A stretch of 64,000 nucleotides of DNA, taken from the NCBI GenBank assembly GCA_902550225.1, contig CACCYL010000006.1, forward strand, positions 905-64,904, read 5' to 3'. Below are positions 19,967 through 31,722 of this stretch, in pieces (within the stretch, counting starts at the first letter, position 1; each line of letters begins with the position of its first letter). Origin of the DNA: an uncultured Alphaproteobacteria bacterium (GTDB lineage: Bacteria > Pseudomonadota > Alphaproteobacteria > Methylaequorales > Methylaequoraceae). The position numbers were made by a program, and so were the translations under genes. The notes beneath the pieces are model-generated. The model was not told the DNA's origin. It ran no database searches and worked only from the letters and a program-made list of their open reading frames with translations.

Positions 19967-22852
19967 ATGAAATCAAAAAGAAAAATTAGATTATCATTTT
20001 TTATTTCAATAATCTTTTTGTTCTTCTTTACAGTTATTTCATCTTTCATTTTTATAATATCTCTAAAGCCGATAAAAATAAACTTTTTAGATTTTTTTGA
20101 TAGAGAAAGTAAAATTTTTGAAAAAATTAAAGTTGAAGAGATTGGGGATGTGTTTTTAAGTTTCAACAAAGTTACCAAAAACTTTGAATTGCTTGTGGAA
20201 GACCTTGTTTATGAAGACTCTTATTTTCCAAATATTTTAATCACACTTGATCTGACTTTTGAAAAAAACTTTTTTAAATCATCTTTAAAAATTTTTGATG
20301 GAGATATTGATATTACTCTTTCAAGAAAATCTGAAATAAAAGACGATAATTTAACAACCTTGAATAAGTTAAAATCAAATTTTGACTTTTTTAGCAATTT
20401 TTCAAATATTCAAATTGCTAATACTAAAGTTAAACTTAATATTAATGACGAAGATATAAAAAAATACTTAATTGACTTTAATTTTAATAAAGAAGAATTA
20501 TATATCTCAGTTTCTGAAATCAACTCATTGGAAAATTTTTTTTCATTAAATGTATCAAATAAAAATTTCGCAAATGAAGTAAGTCTTGAATTAAGTAAAT
20601 TTAATTTTGATTTTGTAAGACATATTTTTGACTTTCATTCTATTTCTTTCAATAACTTAAATTTGTCTGGATCTTCAAAATTTTTAATTAATAAAGATAA
20701 AAACATTGATGAAGTTATCTTTAATTTAAATCTTTTTGGTAATTTAAAATATCCTACCTATTATGGTTTTGAGACAATAAATCTTGATAATACCAAAATC
20801 TTTGGAGAGAAAAATCAAGATTTTGTGGATATAATATTAGATTTTAAACATCAAGATTCTCAAATTAAACTTGTTTTAAGAATTGATCCTAAACTAGAGA
20901 CCTCTGCAACGTTTTTAGTGGATGTAGAAAAGATTAATGTAAAAGAATTATTAAATTTATGGCCGGTTGATTTCAAAGAATCAGTTTATGTTTGGATGAA
21001 AAATAATTCAGAAGGTGAGATATTTAATGTTTTGTTTAGCTTGAATATTTTTAAAAAGGATGACAAGTTTTTATTTGAAAATTTAAAAGGAAAGTTTGAT
21101 TTTAATAATACAAAAATCAGGTATATGGAATCAATGCCTGTAATTGATAATATATATGGGTTTGCAAGAATTATAAATGAAGAAATAATATTCACAATTA
21201 ATTCAGGGCAATCTCAAGGTCTTAATATAAAAAATGGCATTGTAAAATTAAAAGATTTAGATAGTGATTTTGAAAACGCTGATGTTTTTTTAGAAATATT
21301 TGCAGGTAATCAAGATGTAATAAACTATCTAGACATTTCTCCTATAAATAAAAAAAATTTTTCAAAGTTAAGGAATATTAGAGGTGATACTAAAATAGAT
21401 CTAAATTTAAAATTTCCCCTTTTGGTTGATTTGCCGACAGAAAGGATCATTTATGATTCAAAAGTTGCTTTTGTAGATTCTACATTTCAAGATATTTTTA
21501 ATAACTATGATTTGAATGATTTTTATTTAAATATCCAAATCAACAATACTAAAGTTTCATACAAAGGAGGAGGTAACATATTTAATTCTTACACCGAGTT
21601 TAGTGGTGAACAATCAAATATTAAAGACGGATTTAAAGATGAGATAAAAGGTAAATATACTCTTAAACCATCTTTTACAGAATATTTCTTTCCTGAGGGT
21701 GATTTCATAATACAAGGAGAGGCTGAAATATTATATAATATAATTGAGGATGATAATGGATTTTCAAAAATTGAAGGGTTAGGGGATCTTGAAAATTTAA
21801 ATTTAAAATCAGATTTTCTTGGTCCAAATTTGGATTTTAATAGTGGTAAATTAAGATTTCTAATTAGACCTTATGATAATTCTTTTTCTGGATTTGCAGA
21901 CATAAAAACTAACAACTTAAACGTAGAGGTTAACTCAATATTTAATTTAACAAAAATTATTGAGCTTGATGTTCAGACTTTTAAATCGCCTAAACAAGAT
22001 TTTAATTTTAAATATGAGGGCGAGAATAATAAATTTTCAATTAACGCAAACAAATTGTCATTAGATTCTATTGATATTTTTGAGGAAGATAATTTAAAAA
22101 TAGAGAACTTTGAATTAGATTTGAAAATCAATGATTTCAAGGTTGGAGATATGATTTTTTCAAATTCAATCATATACGCTAAAAAGTTAAATAATCTTTT
22201 TCAAAAAATTAGTATTAATCTAGTCGGTGAAAATGATTTCCATAAGCTCTTAATCAGGGAAAAAGAGGCGAATAAAGAGTTCATATTAGAGTCAAATTAT
22301 ATTCCTGGTTTACTCAATATTTTAGATTTAGATTTTAATATTAATAAAGGAAGTATAAAAATTGAAGGTTTAAAAAAAGAAGGTTCTGAAAATTATGAAG
22401 GGGCCATAGCTGGAAAAAATATCGTTTTTTTTGACGCACCTTTCCTTGCTAATTTTTTTAGTATTTTTTCTTTAGACGGTTTTGCGCAGAAATTAAAAGA
22501 TGGTGGAATTATTTTCAATAACTTTAATGCTAAATATAAATTAGAAAACGATAAATTTAAGGTTGTTGACAGTCTTTTAAAGGGAAGTGAGCTTGGTATT
22601 CAGTTCGATAGTGTTATTGGTTTAAAAAACGACTATTTTTTAATGAATGGATCTATCATTCCAGCCTATACGATAAATACTCTTATAACAAAATTCCCGA
22701 TTGTCGGAGATATTGTAACTGCTGGTTCACCAGAGGATGGTTTGATAGGGGCTAAATTTAAGGTTGAAAAGATTGATGGTGAGTACGAAGTGTTTTATAA
22801 TCCAATTTCTGTTTTTGTTCCAAATATCATTAAAAACTTTCTAGGAGACTAA
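19967..22852 (+). CDS. large AsmA-like/YhdP-like envelope protein (N-terminal anchor, repetitive beta-rich body)
   Basis: 961 aa, single N-terminal TM. The C-terminal block GIIFNNFNAKYKL..GSELGIQFDS..G.IIPAYTINTLITKFPIVGDI resembles AsmA-like C-terminal regions. Confidence 0.6.
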   Translation: MKSKRKIRLSFFISIIFLFFFTVISSFIFIISLKPIKINFLDFFDRESKIFEKIKVEEIGDVFLSFNKVTKNFELLVEDLVYEDSYFPNILITLDLTFEKNFFKSSLKIFDGDIDITLSRKSEIKDDNLTTLNKLKSNFDFFSNFSNIQIANTKVKLNINDEDIKKYLIDFNFNKEELYISVSEINSLENFFSLNVSNKNFANEVSLELSKFNFDFVRHIFDFHSISFNNLNLSGSSKFLINKDKNIDEVIFNLNLFGNLKYPTYYGFETINLDNTKIFGEKNQDFVDIILDFKHQDSQIKLVLRIDPKLETSATFLVDVEKINVKELLNLWPVDFKESVYVWMKNNSEGEIFNVLFSLNIFKKDDKFLFENLKGKFDFNNTKIRYMESMPVIDNIYGFARIINEEIIFTINSGQSQGLNIKNGIVKLKDLDSDFENADVFLEIFAGNQDVINYLDISPINKKNFSKLRNIRGDTKIDLNLKFPLLVDLPTERIIYDSKVAFVDSTFQDIFNNYDLNDFYLNIQINNTKVSYKGGGNIFNSYTEFSGEQSNIKDGFKDEIKGKYTLKPSFTEYFFPEGDFIIQGEAEILYNIIEDDNGFSKIEGLGDLENLNLKSDFLGPNLDFNSGKLRFLIRPYDNSFSGFADIKTNNLNVEVNSIFNLTKIIELDVQTFKSPKQDFNFKYEGENNKFSINANKLSLDSIDIFEEDNLKIENFELDLKINDFKVGDMIFSNSIIYAKKLNNLFQKISINLVGENDFHKLLIREKEANKEFILESNYIPGLLNILDLDFNINKGSIKIEGLKKEGSENYEGAIAGKNIVFFDAPFLANFFSIFSLDGFAQKLKDGGIIFNNFNAKYKLENDKFKVVDSLLKGSELGIQFDSVIGLKNDYFLMNGSIIPAYTINTLITKFPIVGDIVTAGSPEDGLIGAKFKVEKIDGEYEVFYNPISVFVPNIIKNFLGD

Positions 22853-24121
22853 TTCTATTAGTCCGTATCTTTTTTTTCCTACAAAAACAATTGAGTAAAA
22901 AGACTCTTTTTTCTTAGGATGCGCAATAAAGTTTTCTTTAGTTATACAAATATCTTTGTCTTCCACTACAATTTGGTTGATTTTAACAGCACCTTGTTCG
23001 ATCAGTCTTTTAGATTCACCATTTGAATTTGAAAGATCAAGATCAATCAAGATTTGTTTAAGACTTATACCTTTATTTAAAGCTTCTTTTTTAATAGATA
23101 TTTTTTTTTTGCACTCATCAATAATATTAGAATCAATATCTACAGAATCTCTGATCTTTTTTGATTCAACTTCTACATATTTAGCTTTGTCTTTACTATG
23201 GCAGAGAGTCGTTACCTCATTCGCCAAAAGAACTTTTAATTTATTTAATTCTGATCCTTTGAAATTCTTGTAATTTTCAATTTCACGAATTTCTATCTCA
23301 GTAAATAGTTTTAAAAACTTTATAACATCTTTGTCGTCAGTATTTCTCCAATATTGCCAAAAATCCATGACTGAAAATTTTGATTCAGAAAGCCAAACAG
23401 CTCCTGTATTTGTTTTCCCCATTTTTTTTCCTGTTGAACTGGTTATTAGTGGAGAGGTTAATCCATAAACTTGCTTATTCTTTTCTTTTTTTATTAAATC
23501 TATTCCTGAAACGATGTTTCCCCATTGGTCGGACCCACCAAATTGTATTTTGCAGTCATATTTTTGATTAAGAACCATAAAATCGTAGGCTTGAAAAATT
23601 GAATAGTTAAACTCTAAAAAACTTAAATGTTGTTCTCTTCTTAGTCTTTGTTTAATAGATTCCAAGCCAAGCATTCTATTAATTGAGAATTTACTACCAA
23701 TGTCTCTCAGAAATGAAATTAAGTTTAATTTGCACAACCATTCGTAGTTATCAACTATAATCGCACAATTAGATTTGGATTCGTCGAAAGATAAAAATTT
23801 TTTAAATATAGCCTTTAGTTTTTTTTTATTTAAATCGATGTCATTTTTTTTAAGAATTTTTCTTGTTTCGTCTTTTCCTGATGGATCACCAATCAGTGTT
23901 GTTCCGCCTCCAACTAAAATAATAGGCTTATGACCAGACTTTTGGAAAAGCCTCAAAAGCATTAAAGGTAAAAGTGAGCCGACATGCAAACTATCGGATG
24001 TGCAATCAAAGCCAATGTAACCTGTTGTTTCTTTTGATAGAATTTGCTTGATTCCTTTTTCATCAGTGGATTGATGTAGGAAGCCTCTTTCTATGAACGA
24101 ATTGTAAAAATCTTTTAACAT
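22841..24121 (-). CDS. tyrS: tyrosine--tRNA ligase
   Basis: HVGS (HIGH-type) and KMGKT (KMSKS-type) motifs plus a C-terminal S4-like domain. Confidence 0.93.
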   Translation of the reverse strand: MLKDFYNSFIERGFLHQSTDEKGIKQILSKETTGYIGFDCTSDSLHVGSLLPLMLLRLFQKSGHKPIILVGGGTTLIGDPSGKDETRKILKKNDIDLNKKKLKAIFKKFLSFDESKSNCAIIVDNYEWLCKLNLISFLRDIGSKFSINRMLGLESIKQRLRREQHLSFLEFNYSIFQAYDFMVLNQKYDCKIQFGGSDQWGNIVSGIDLIKKEKNKQVYGLTSPLITSSTGKKMGKTNTGAVWLSESKFSVMDFWQYWRNTDDKDVIKFLKLFTEIEIREIENYKNFKGSELNKLKVLLANEVTTLCHSKDKAKYVEVESKKIRDSVDIDSNIIDECKKKISIKKEALNKGISLKQILIDLDLSNSNGESKRLIEQGAVKINQIVVEDKDICITKENFIAHPKKKESFYSIVFVGKKRYGLIELVS

Positions 24122-24151
24122 ACTATTTGAGAATAGGTTATAATAATAAAG

Positions 24152-25273
24152 ATGAAAAAAAAAGAATATTGTTCCTTAGGTATTATGAGTGGAACATCAT
24201 TAGATGGCTTGGATTTTTCTTTGATAAAAACCGATGGTAAATTTAACATAAAAACCTTAGTAAATGAATATTATGAATTTAATAGCAATTTTAAAAATAG
24301 CATTAAAAAATTAATTAAAAAAACAGGAAAGTTTGAAATCAAATCAATTAGAAATTCAGATGAATTCAGGTATATAAATCAAAAGTTTAGTGAGCTAGTT
24401 TTAAAACTTATTAAAGACTTTAGATTAAAAAATGGTTCAAAAATGAAAAACCTAGATGTCATAGGGGTTCACGGTAATACAATTATTCACCAACCTAAAT
24501 ATGGAATTTCAATTCAACTAGGAAAGCCAAATTTTTTATCCAAAAGTCTCAAGACCACTGTAGTTGCTAACTTTAGAGATAATGATATCAAAATGAAAGG
24601 TCAAGGAGCGCCATTAGTCCCAATATTCCATCAAAGCCAATTCTCAGAAAAAAATAAAAATATTATGGTAGTAAATATTGGTGGAATTACAAATTTTACT
24701 TTTTTAAATGGCAAAGCTAAATTATCAGCCTCAGACATCGGTCCTGGAAATAAATTAATTGACGAGTTTTGTCTTAAGACATTTAAAAAAAGTTATGATG
24801 ATAAAGGAAATTTAGCTAAAAATGGGAAATTATCAGAGGATCTTTTAGAAAAATGGAAAAAAAAACCTTTTTTGAATTTTCCTTTTCCTGTTTCATTTGA
24901 TAATGCTTTTTTTAAATTAGACGAGTTTTTAAAAAAAAAAAACTTAAATAAATTTGATGTTTTAAGAACCCTGACATACTTTACTGCCTTTCAGTTGTTA
25001 AATTTAAAATTAAGAATTAACTTAAACATAGATAAATGGATTTTTTCAGGAGGTGGAGTAAAAAATAACACCCTTATGTCTGACATAAAACAACTTTTAT
25101 CTGGCGAAGTTGTAACAACAACACTTAACTACAAAATGAATCCTTTTTTTATTGAATCCTCTGCTTTTGCATATATAGCCGTAAGAACTTTGAAAAAATT
25201 ACCATCATCTTTTCCAAGCACTACTGGGTGTATAAAAAGCTCAACATCTGGAAGTATATATATTCCAAATTAA
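24152..25273 (+). CDS. anmK: anhydro-N-acetylmuramic acid kinase
   Basis: GIMSGTSLDGLD N-terminus. Length and layout match AnmK. Confidence 0.88.
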   Translation: MKKKEYCSLGIMSGTSLDGLDFSLIKTDGKFNIKTLVNEYYEFNSNFKNSIKKLIKKTGKFEIKSIRNSDEFRYINQKFSELVLKLIKDFRLKNGSKMKNLDVIGVHGNTIIHQPKYGISIQLGKPNFLSKSLKTTVVANFRDNDIKMKGQGAPLVPIFHQSQFSEKNKNIMVVNIGGITNFTFLNGKAKLSASDIGPGNKLIDEFCLKTFKKSYDDKGNLAKNGKLSEDLLEKWKKKPFLNFPFPVSFDNAFFKLDEFLKKKNLNKFDVLRTLTYFTAFQLLNLKLRINLNIDKWIFSGGGVKNNTLMSDIKQLLSGEVVTTTLNYKMNPFFIESSAFAYIAVRTLKKLPSSFPSTTGCIKSSTSGSIYIPN

Positions 25274-25902
25274 TTATCACCAATATACTTTTTTATTTTC
25301 TCAATTACTTTATGTTCATTATTTAAAAAAAAATGGTCCGCCGATTTGATCAGTTCATGCTTAACTTCGATTGATTTTTGCTTGTTAAGTTTTTTTACTG
25401 CATCCGAAACGGCACTGTTGTCTACTAAATTGTCTTTTTCCGCTGAGACTACTAAACCCGATGCCGGACAAGGTGCTAGAAAGTTAAAATCATATTTGCC
25501 AACTGGTGGACTGATCAAAACAAATTTAGGTATTTCAGGTCGTCTCATTAGTAACTGCATACCAACCCATGCTCCAAAAGAAATACCGCAAACCCAGTAC
25601 TGGTTTGACTCTTGATTTTGATTTTGAAGCCAGTCTAGAGCGATCGCAGAATCAGCAAGTTCACCTTCGCTACCATCATGCTCTCCATCTGATTTACCAA
25701 CACCTCTGAAATTAAACCTAAGACTAGAAAAGCCTAAGTCAGAAAAAAATTTGTGAAGTTGAAGAGATAATGGATTGTTCATGTTTCCACCATGACCGGG
25801 ATGAGCATGCAGAATTAGAACTGATGGAGAATTAGCTTCGTTATTATGAGTGTATCGAGCTTCGAGTCTTCCAATTGGACCATTGAGGTGGATTTCTGGC
25901 AT
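25270..25902 (-). CDS. alpha/beta hydrolase (COG2945-like)
   Basis: GISFGAW nucleophile elbow. 210 aa single-domain hydrolase. Confidence 0.7.
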   Translation of the reverse strand: MPEIHLNGPIGRLEARYTHNNEANSPSVLILHAHPGHGGNMNNPLSLQLHKFFSDLGFSSLRFNFRGVGKSDGEHDGSEGELADSAIALDWLQNQNQESNQYWVCGISFGAWVGMQLLMRRPEIPKFVLISPPVGKYDFNFLAPCPASGLVVSAEKDNLVDNSAVSDAVKKLNKQKSIEVKHELIKSADHFFLNNEHKVIEKIKKYIGDN

Positions 25903-25964
25903 TTATACTTGACTAAATTGGTAGGATATAATAACAGTTAAGTGTATAATACAAAAGTTCGAAT

Positions 25965-26720
25965 ATGTCAAAAAATTTATTAAGCCTGATTCATTCTGAC
26001 TTAAAAGCAGCTATGAAAAGAGATCCAGCGGCAAGACATTTTCTCGAAATCATTTTTACATATTCAGGATTTCACGCTACACTAATTCATAGAGTTTCTA
26101 ATCTTCTTTGGAGACTAAAATTAAAATTTATTGCTAAAATACTTAGTAGTATCTCACGCATTTTAACTTCAATTGAAATACATCCTGCAGCCAAAATTGA
26201 TGAAGGTTTTTTTATAGATCATGGAGCTGGATTAGTCATTGGAGAAACTACTATTATTGGTAAAAATGTTACTATTTATCAACAAACTACATTAGGAGGA
26301 CTCTCTCCCTCAGTAGATTCAGATTCCCAAAGAAACATTAAAAGACATCCAACAATAAGAGATAATGTTATTGTGGGTTCTGGTGCACAAATACTTGGTC
26401 CAGTTGTAATAGGGAAAAACTCAAGAATTGGTGCCAATGCAGTTGTTCTAAAAGATGTTCCTGAAAACATAACCTATGTTGGGGTGCCGGCAAGAAAAAT
26501 CGAGTCAAGAAATTTGAACGAATCATTTAATCCCTATGGAATATCCAAGGGTGTGATAGACGATCCAAACAAAAAAAGTATTCATGCTTTATTCAAAGAA
26601 ATCCATACACTTAATCAAAAAGTTAATGATTTGAAAAAGCAAGTTGATCAAAGAATCAAAATTCCAAATGAAATACAAGTTAACCAAGAAAGTAAAAGTA
26701 AATCAGAAAGGCAAAAATAA
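25965..26720 (+). CDS. cysE: serine O-acetyltransferase
   Basis: DPAARHFLEI..YSGFHA, IHPAAKIDEGFFIDHGAGLVIGETT hexapeptide-repeat core, and a roughly 70-aa C-terminal extension. Confidence 0.9.
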   Translation: MSKNLLSLIHSDLKAAMKRDPAARHFLEIIFTYSGFHATLIHRVSNLLWRLKLKFIAKILSSISRILTSIEIHPAAKIDEGFFIDHGAGLVIGETTIIGKNVTIYQQTTLGGLSPSVDSDSQRNIKRHPTIRDNVIVGSGAQILGPVVIGKNSRIGANAVVLKDVPENITYVGVPARKIESRNLNESFNPYGISKGVIDDPNKKSIHALFKEIHTLNQKVNDLKKQVDQRIKIPNEIQVNQESKSKSERQK

Positions 26721-26825
26721 GTAAATTTAAATAAAAGTTTTATATAGAATTTTTTTACATCAACGAATTTTATGTATAAAAATAAGGAAAATGTGGACAA
26801 AATAGTATAAATAACTAAATGTAAT

Positions 26826-28049
26826 ATGAGTATGAAAAAATTAAAAAATATATATTTCGATTATCAAGCTACAACGCCGGTAGATCCTAGAGTTTTGAAA
26901 AAAATGATGCCATATTTTGGAGAAATCTACGGAAACCCTCATTCAAGAAACCACTCTTTTGGTTGGGAAGCAGAGGAGGGTGTCGAAGTTGCTAGAGAGC
27001 ACGTGGCAAAAATTATTAACGCCAACCCAAAAGAGATAATTTTTACATCCGGAGCTACAGAATCCAACAATTTAGCTTTAAAGGGAGTAGCAGAGTTCTA
27101 CGGAGATAAAAAAAATCATATCATTACCTGCGTAACTGAACATAAATGTGTGTTGGAATCTTGTAGGCATCTCGCTGGCAAAGGCTTTGAAGTAACATAT
27201 TTACCAGTGCAAAGTAACGGTTTAATAAACCTTGATGAACTCAAAAAATCAATTACCGATAAAACCCTAATTGTATCGATAATGGGGGTTCACAACGAGA
27301 TCGGAGTAATTCAACCACTCGAGGAGATTGGAAACATATGTAGATCGAAAGATATTTTCTTTCATACCGATTGTGCTCAAGCTATTGGCAAAATTCCTTT
27401 AGATGTCGATAAAATGAATATAGATTTAATGAGCATCTCTGGCCATAAAATATATGCTCCAAAAGGTGTCGGTGCACTTTATATTAGACGTAAACCTAGA
27501 GTAAGAATTTCTTCAATGATTAGCGGAGGAGGTCAGGAACGTGGCATGCGATCAGGAACATTATCCCCAGCACTTTGCGTTGGACTTGGAGAAGCATGTA
27601 ACATTTACTCTAACGAAATGGAAAAAGAGAATAAAACTTTGACAAAATATAAAGAAATGATGCTCGAAGGTATAAGAAAATCTTGTCCAGATGTTTACCT
27701 TAATGGTTCAGAAGAAGCTAGAGTACCAGGAAATCTTAATCTTAGTTTTGCATATGTTGAGGGTGAATCTTTAATGATGGGTATTAAGGATCTAGCAGTT
27801 TCCTCTGGATCTGCCTGCACTTCCGCTTCTTTAGAACCTTCATATGTTTTAAAAGCTCTTGGAGTTGAAGAGGAACTTGCCCACACAAGTTTGAGAATAG
27901 GTTTTGGTAGATTTACAACTGAAAATGAGGTAAAATATGCTACAGATATTATTGTTAAAGAAGTTAAGAGACTTAGAGAGCTCAGTCCACTTTGGGAAAT
28001 GGCCCAAGAAGGTGTGGACATAAGTAAAATTAAGTGGGCTCATCACTAA
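26826..28049 (+). CDS. iscS: cysteine desulfurase IscS
   Basis: [15 protein letters not shown] (PLP lysine) and SSGSACTS (catalytic Cys loop). The start could instead be ATG 26832. Confidence 0.95.
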   Translation: MSMKKLKNIYFDYQATTPVDPRVLKKMMPYFGEIYGNPHSRNHSFGWEAEEGVEVAREHVAKIINANPKEIIFTSGATESNNLALKGVAEFYGDKKNHIITCVTEHKCVLESCRHLAGKGFEVTYLPVQSNGLINLDELKKSITDKTLIVSIMGVHNEIGVIQPLEEIGNICRSKDIFFHTDCAQAIGKIPLDVDKMNIDLMSISGHKIYAPKGVGALYIRRKPRVRISSMISGGGQERGMRSGTLSPALCVGLGEACNIYSNEMEKENKTLTKYKEMMLEGIRKSCPDVYLNGSEEARVPGNLNLSFAYVEGESLMMGIKDLAVSSGSACTSASLEPSYVLKALGVEEELAHTSLRIGFGRFTTENEVKYATDIIVKEVKRLRELSPLWEMAQEGVDISKIKWAHH

Positions 28050-28071
28050 CAACAAGAAAGGAGATATAGTC

Positions 28072-28461
28072 ATGGCTTACAGTAAAGAACTTCTAGATCA
28101 CTACGAAAATCCCAAAAACGTCGGGTCTATGGATAAGGAGTCTGAGCAAGTTGGAACAGGTCTTGTTGGAGCACCAGCATGCGGTGACGTTATGAAACTT
28201 CAAATCAAAGTCAATAACAAAGGTGTAATAGAAGACGCCAAATTTAAAACCTTTGGATGTGGTTCAGCAATTGCGTCAAGCTCTCTTATTACTGAATGGG
28301 TTAAAGGAAAAAATCTTGACGAAGCACATTCAATAAAAAATACAGAGATAGCAAATCATCTTGCTCTACCGCCTGTAAAAATACATTGTTCTATTTTAGC
28401 CGAAGATGCAATTAAAGCTGCAATAGACGATTATAAGAAAAAGAACAGAAAAAATAGATAA
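28072..28461 (+). CDS. iscU: Fe-S cluster assembly scaffold IscU
   Basis: GAPACGDVM, FGCGSAIASS and LPPVKIHCS motifs. Confidence 0.96.
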   Translation: MAYSKELLDHYENPKNVGSMDKESEQVGTGLVGAPACGDVMKLQIKVNNKGVIEDAKFKTFGCGSAIASSSLITEWVKGKNLDEAHSIKNTEIANHLALPPVKIHCSILAEDAIKAAIDDYKKKNRKNR

Positions 28462-28478
28462 TAATCTATTATGATATA

Positions 28479-28802
28479 ATGATTAATGTTACCAGCAATG
28501 CTGCTAATCATATAAAAAAACTTTTATCCTCTAGAGATAATAAAACCCTCGGTATAAAATTAGGAATAGAGACAAAAGGTTGTTCTGGGCTTACCTACAG
28601 CATGGAATTTGTCGATTCTCCTGATGAAAAAGATGAAGTTCTAAATTTTGAGAATTTCAAAATATATATTGACCCTAAAGCAACTCTTTTTCTTCTTGGT
28701 ACAACCATGGACTATGAGGAGGGCGTTTTAGAATCTGGTTTTAAATTTATAAATCCAAACGAAAAAGGTAGATGCGGTTGTGGAGAGTCATTTCACGTTT
28801 AA
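28479..28802 (+). CDS. iscA: iron-sulfur cluster insertion protein IscA/HesB family
   Basis: GCSG... and C-terminal CGCGESF. Confidence 0.93.
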   Translation: MINVTSNAANHIKKLLSSRDNKTLGIKLGIETKGCSGLTYSMEFVDSPDEKDEVLNFENFKIYIDPKATLFLLGTTMDYEEGVLESGFKFINPNEKGRCGCGESFHV

Positions 28803-28811
28803 CACAAAATT

Positions 28812-29396
28812 ATGTCTGTAAAATCCATTTGCTGGAGCTGCGAGAATGTTATTCCTCCAAACTGTTTTTTATGTCAAAAATGCAATAAAATACAACCACC
28901 TAAACAAATTGATGAATTTAAATTAATGGGAATACCAGAGACGTTTGATTTAGATTTAGATGAACTTGAAAAAACTTATTTAAAATTGCAACAACTGTTT
29001 CATCCTGACAAATATTCGCAATTATCAGATCAAGAAATTAAATATTCAACATTACTGTCATCAATGATAAATGAAGCTTACCAAAAATTAAATAGTTCGA
29101 TATCAAGAGCTACTATATTACTAAAATTAAATGGATTTAATCGTCATTCAGAAGATAAATCATTTAATGATCCTGATGTATTAGAGGAAATAATGGATAT
29201 ACAAAATGAGTTTCTAGAGGCAGAAAGTTCTGAACTAAAAAAGCTTACCATTCAAAAATTAAATTCTAAAATAAGTGAAACAATGGACAACTTATCAATA
29301 TCATTTAAAAATAGACAGTATGAAACTGCTAACAAGTTGAACATTAAATTATCATATCTTGAAAAGATAAGAATAGATTTTAAAAAGCAGTTATGA
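28812..29396 (+). CDS. hscB: Fe-S co-chaperone HscB with an N-terminal Cys-rich (zinc-finger-like) extension
   Basis: J-domain with HPD (LFHPDKY). N-terminal CWSC...CFLCQKC. Sits between iscA and hscA. Confidence 0.88.
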   Translation: MSVKSICWSCENVIPPNCFLCQKCNKIQPPKQIDEFKLMGIPETFDLDLDELEKTYLKLQQLFHPDKYSQLSDQEIKYSTLLSSMINEAYQKLNSSISRATILLKLNGFNRHSEDKSFNDPDVLEEIMDIQNEFLEAESSELKKLTIQKLNSKISETMDNLSISFKNRQYETANKLNIKLSYLEKIRIDFKKQL

Positions 29397-31186
29397 ACTT
29401 AATTAAGATAAAAGAACCAAAGTCATCAAAAAATGACACTAAAATTTGCTTAGGAATAGATTTTGGAACAACAAATTCAGTTTGTTCTGTAAAAGTTAAA
29501 GATAAATTTCAATTTATTCTTGATGAAAAAGGTGAAACACTTATTCCAACCATGATTTTATATAATTCAAAAACTAAAAAGTTTGGAAATCAGATCATGA
29601 AAAATGAAAGCTATTTTAATTCTATTTTCTCTGTTAAGAGAAATTTTACAAAAGATTTTGATTTAAAAGTATATGAAGATGAAAACGGAAGTAAGATTTC
29701 ATCTATGGAAGTATCAAAGGATTTTTTCATTTATTTAAAAAATTTATGTGAGAAAAATCTTAATCAAAATATTTTTGATTGTGTAATTACCGTTCCTGCA
29801 TATTTCGATGAAAAAGCTAGGTCAGGAATAATGCGAGCTGCCTTTATGGCAGGTTTGAGAGTTAGAAGACTGATAAACGAACCAACAGCTGCTGCATTTG
29901 CATATGGACTTGAAAAAAAAAAGGAAGGCATTTTTTTCGTTTATGATCTGGGCGGGGGTACTTTTGATGTTTCATTACTTAAATTAGCAGATGGTATTTT
30001 TAAGGTAATTGCAACTAGTGGAGATCCAAATCTAGGAGGTGATGATTTTGATATTCTTTACGCTAAATGGTTGGTTAAGAAATATTTCAAAATTGACTTT
30101 GATAGCTTAAATAAAAGGGAAAAACTAAAATTAGTTAAGAAGTCTAAATTATTAAAAGAAAAACTTTTTGAGTCACAAGCTTTTAATGAAAAACTTAAAG
30201 TCAATGAATGTGTGAAAGAAATTGGAATCAATATTAAAGATTTTAATAAAGTTATTAACAACCTTATTGATAGAACAATCCAGATTTCTATGAAATTGCT
30301 AAACGAAGTTGATATAGAAATAAACAAAATAGAGGGTTTCGTATTGGTGGGTGGTTCATCTAGAATAAAGTGTATTTCAGAAAAAATTAAAGAAAATTTT
30401 GAAACAACAATCTTTGATGATGTAAACCCTGATTTTGTTGTTTCAAAGGGTGCAGCGCTTCACGGCTATGAACTTCTTAATGGTTCTGACAATGTGCTTT
30501 TGGATGTAACTCCTCTTTCTCTGGGAATCGAGACTATGGGAGGATTGATGGAAAAAATAATATCAAGAAATACTCCCATACCAGCTATAAAGGAACAGAC
30601 CTTTACCACTCACGAAAATGGACAGACTGCAATAAAGTTCCTTATACTTCAAGGAGAAAGAGAAACTTCGGTAAATAATAGAAAACTAGGAGAATTTATT
30701 TTATCAAATATTCAGCCAAAACCTGCCGGAATACCTAGAATAACTATTATGTTTTCTCTTGATGCGGATGGAATTCTCTTTGTTACGGCAAAAGATGAAG
30801 AAACTGGAATTCAAAACAAGCTTTCAGTGAAAACTAATGATGATTTAGACTTAAATGATATGAGAAAAATAGTTGAGAGTAGTATCGAAAATGCGAAAGA
30901 TGATATACACCAAAGAATGGTGATAGAAGCAAAAGTGAAAGCCAAAAGTTTTTTAAATGAAATAGAATCAGTTAAAAAAGATATTGAATTACTTTGCTCA
31001 AAAAATGATATAATTGATATTGAAGATAATGTTAACTTATTGAAAAAATCTCTTGAAACTAATGATTGTGATATGATTAATCAAAACATTGAAAAATTAA
31101 ATAAGGTTACAGAATCCTTTGCTCAAAAAAGAATTGAAAAAGATTTTTCTGATGTCATTGGAAAAGATGTCGATAAAATAGACTAA
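29393..31186 (+). CDS. hscA: Fe-S protein assembly chaperone HscA (Hsp70 family)
   Basis: [19 protein letters not shown], Hsp70 substrate-binding domain. Confidence 0.94.
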   Translation: MNLIKIKEPKSSKNDTKICLGIDFGTTNSVCSVKVKDKFQFILDEKGETLIPTMILYNSKTKKFGNQIMKNESYFNSIFSVKRNFTKDFDLKVYEDENGSKISSMEVSKDFFIYLKNLCEKNLNQNIFDCVITVPAYFDEKARSGIMRAAFMAGLRVRRLINEPTAAAFAYGLEKKKEGIFFVYDLGGGTFDVSLLKLADGIFKVIATSGDPNLGGDDFDILYAKWLVKKYFKIDFDSLNKREKLKLVKKSKLLKEKLFESQAFNEKLKVNECVKEIGINIKDFNKVINNLIDRTIQISMKLLNEVDIEINKIEGFVLVGGSSRIKCISEKIKENFETTIFDDVNPDFVVSKGAALHGYELLNGSDNVLLDVTPLSLGIETMGGLMEKIISRNTPIPAIKEQTFTTHENGQTAIKFLILQGERETSVNNRKLGEFILSNIQPKPAGIPRITIMFSLDADGILFVTAKDEETGIQNKLSVKTNDDLDLNDMRKIVESSIENAKDDIHQRMVIEAKVKAKSFLNEIESVKKDIELLCSKNDIIDIEDNVNLLKKSLETNDCDMINQNIEKLNKVTESFAQKRIEKDFSDVIGKDVDKID

Positions 31187-31189
31187 ATT

Positions 31190-31522
31190 ATGGCAAAAAT
31201 AACTTTTATAGAACCTGATGGAAAAGAAAAAGTAGTCGAAGCAGAGCACGGCTTGTCTCTTCTTGAAGTTGCTCATAATAATGGGATCGACTTAGAGGGA
31301 GCTTGTGAAGGTTCACTTGCTTGTTCAACTTGTCATATTGTAGTAGAAAAGAATTTTTTTGATAGTCTTCCGGAACCAAGTGAAGAGGAAGAAGATATGT
31401 TGGATTTAGCATTCGGTTTAACCCATACTTCGCGATTAGGATGTCAAATAATAGTTGATGAAAAGTTAGACGGCATGAAAGTAACGATTCCATCTGGTAC
31501 AAGAAACATGAATGTAGAATAA
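31190..31522 (+). CDS. fdx: [2Fe-2S] ferredoxin, adrenodoxin/ISC type
   Basis: [11 protein letters not shown]...CQ cysteine pattern. Confidence 0.93.
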   Translation: MAKITFIEPDGKEKVVEAEHGLSLLEVAHNNGIDLEGACEGSLACSTCHIVVEKNFFDSLPEPSEEEEDMLDLAFGLTHTSRLGCQIIVDEKLDGMKVTIPSGTRNMNVE

Positions 31523-31722
31523 TGAAGTTAAAATGGTCAGATACAATTGATATAGCAATTCTCCTTGAGGAAAAATATCCCGATAAAGATAACCTTAATC
31601 TTAGGTTTACAGATCTTCATAAATGGATTTTGGAGCTTGAAGATTTTGAAGATGACCCCGAAGCCTCGAACGAAAAAATACTTGAGGCAATTCAAATGGC
31701 GTGGATTGATGAAAGAGATTGA
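31522..31722 (+). CDS. iscX: Fe-S assembly protein IscX
   Basis: 66 aa, acidic. [21 protein letters not shown]...RFTDLHKWI matches the IscX/YfhJ pattern. TAATG junction with fdx. Confidence 0.85.
   Translation: MKLKWSDTIDIAILLEEKYPDKDNLNLRFTDLHKWILELEDFEDDPEASNEKILEAIQMAWIDERD

Noticed and set aside
31565-31708. Long N-terminal extension of mnmA given in the ORF track (start 31565)
   Set aside because: The extension overprints almost all of iscX in another frame and has no MnmA similarity. ATG 31709 immediately precedes the PP-loop region with a normal-length N-terminus.
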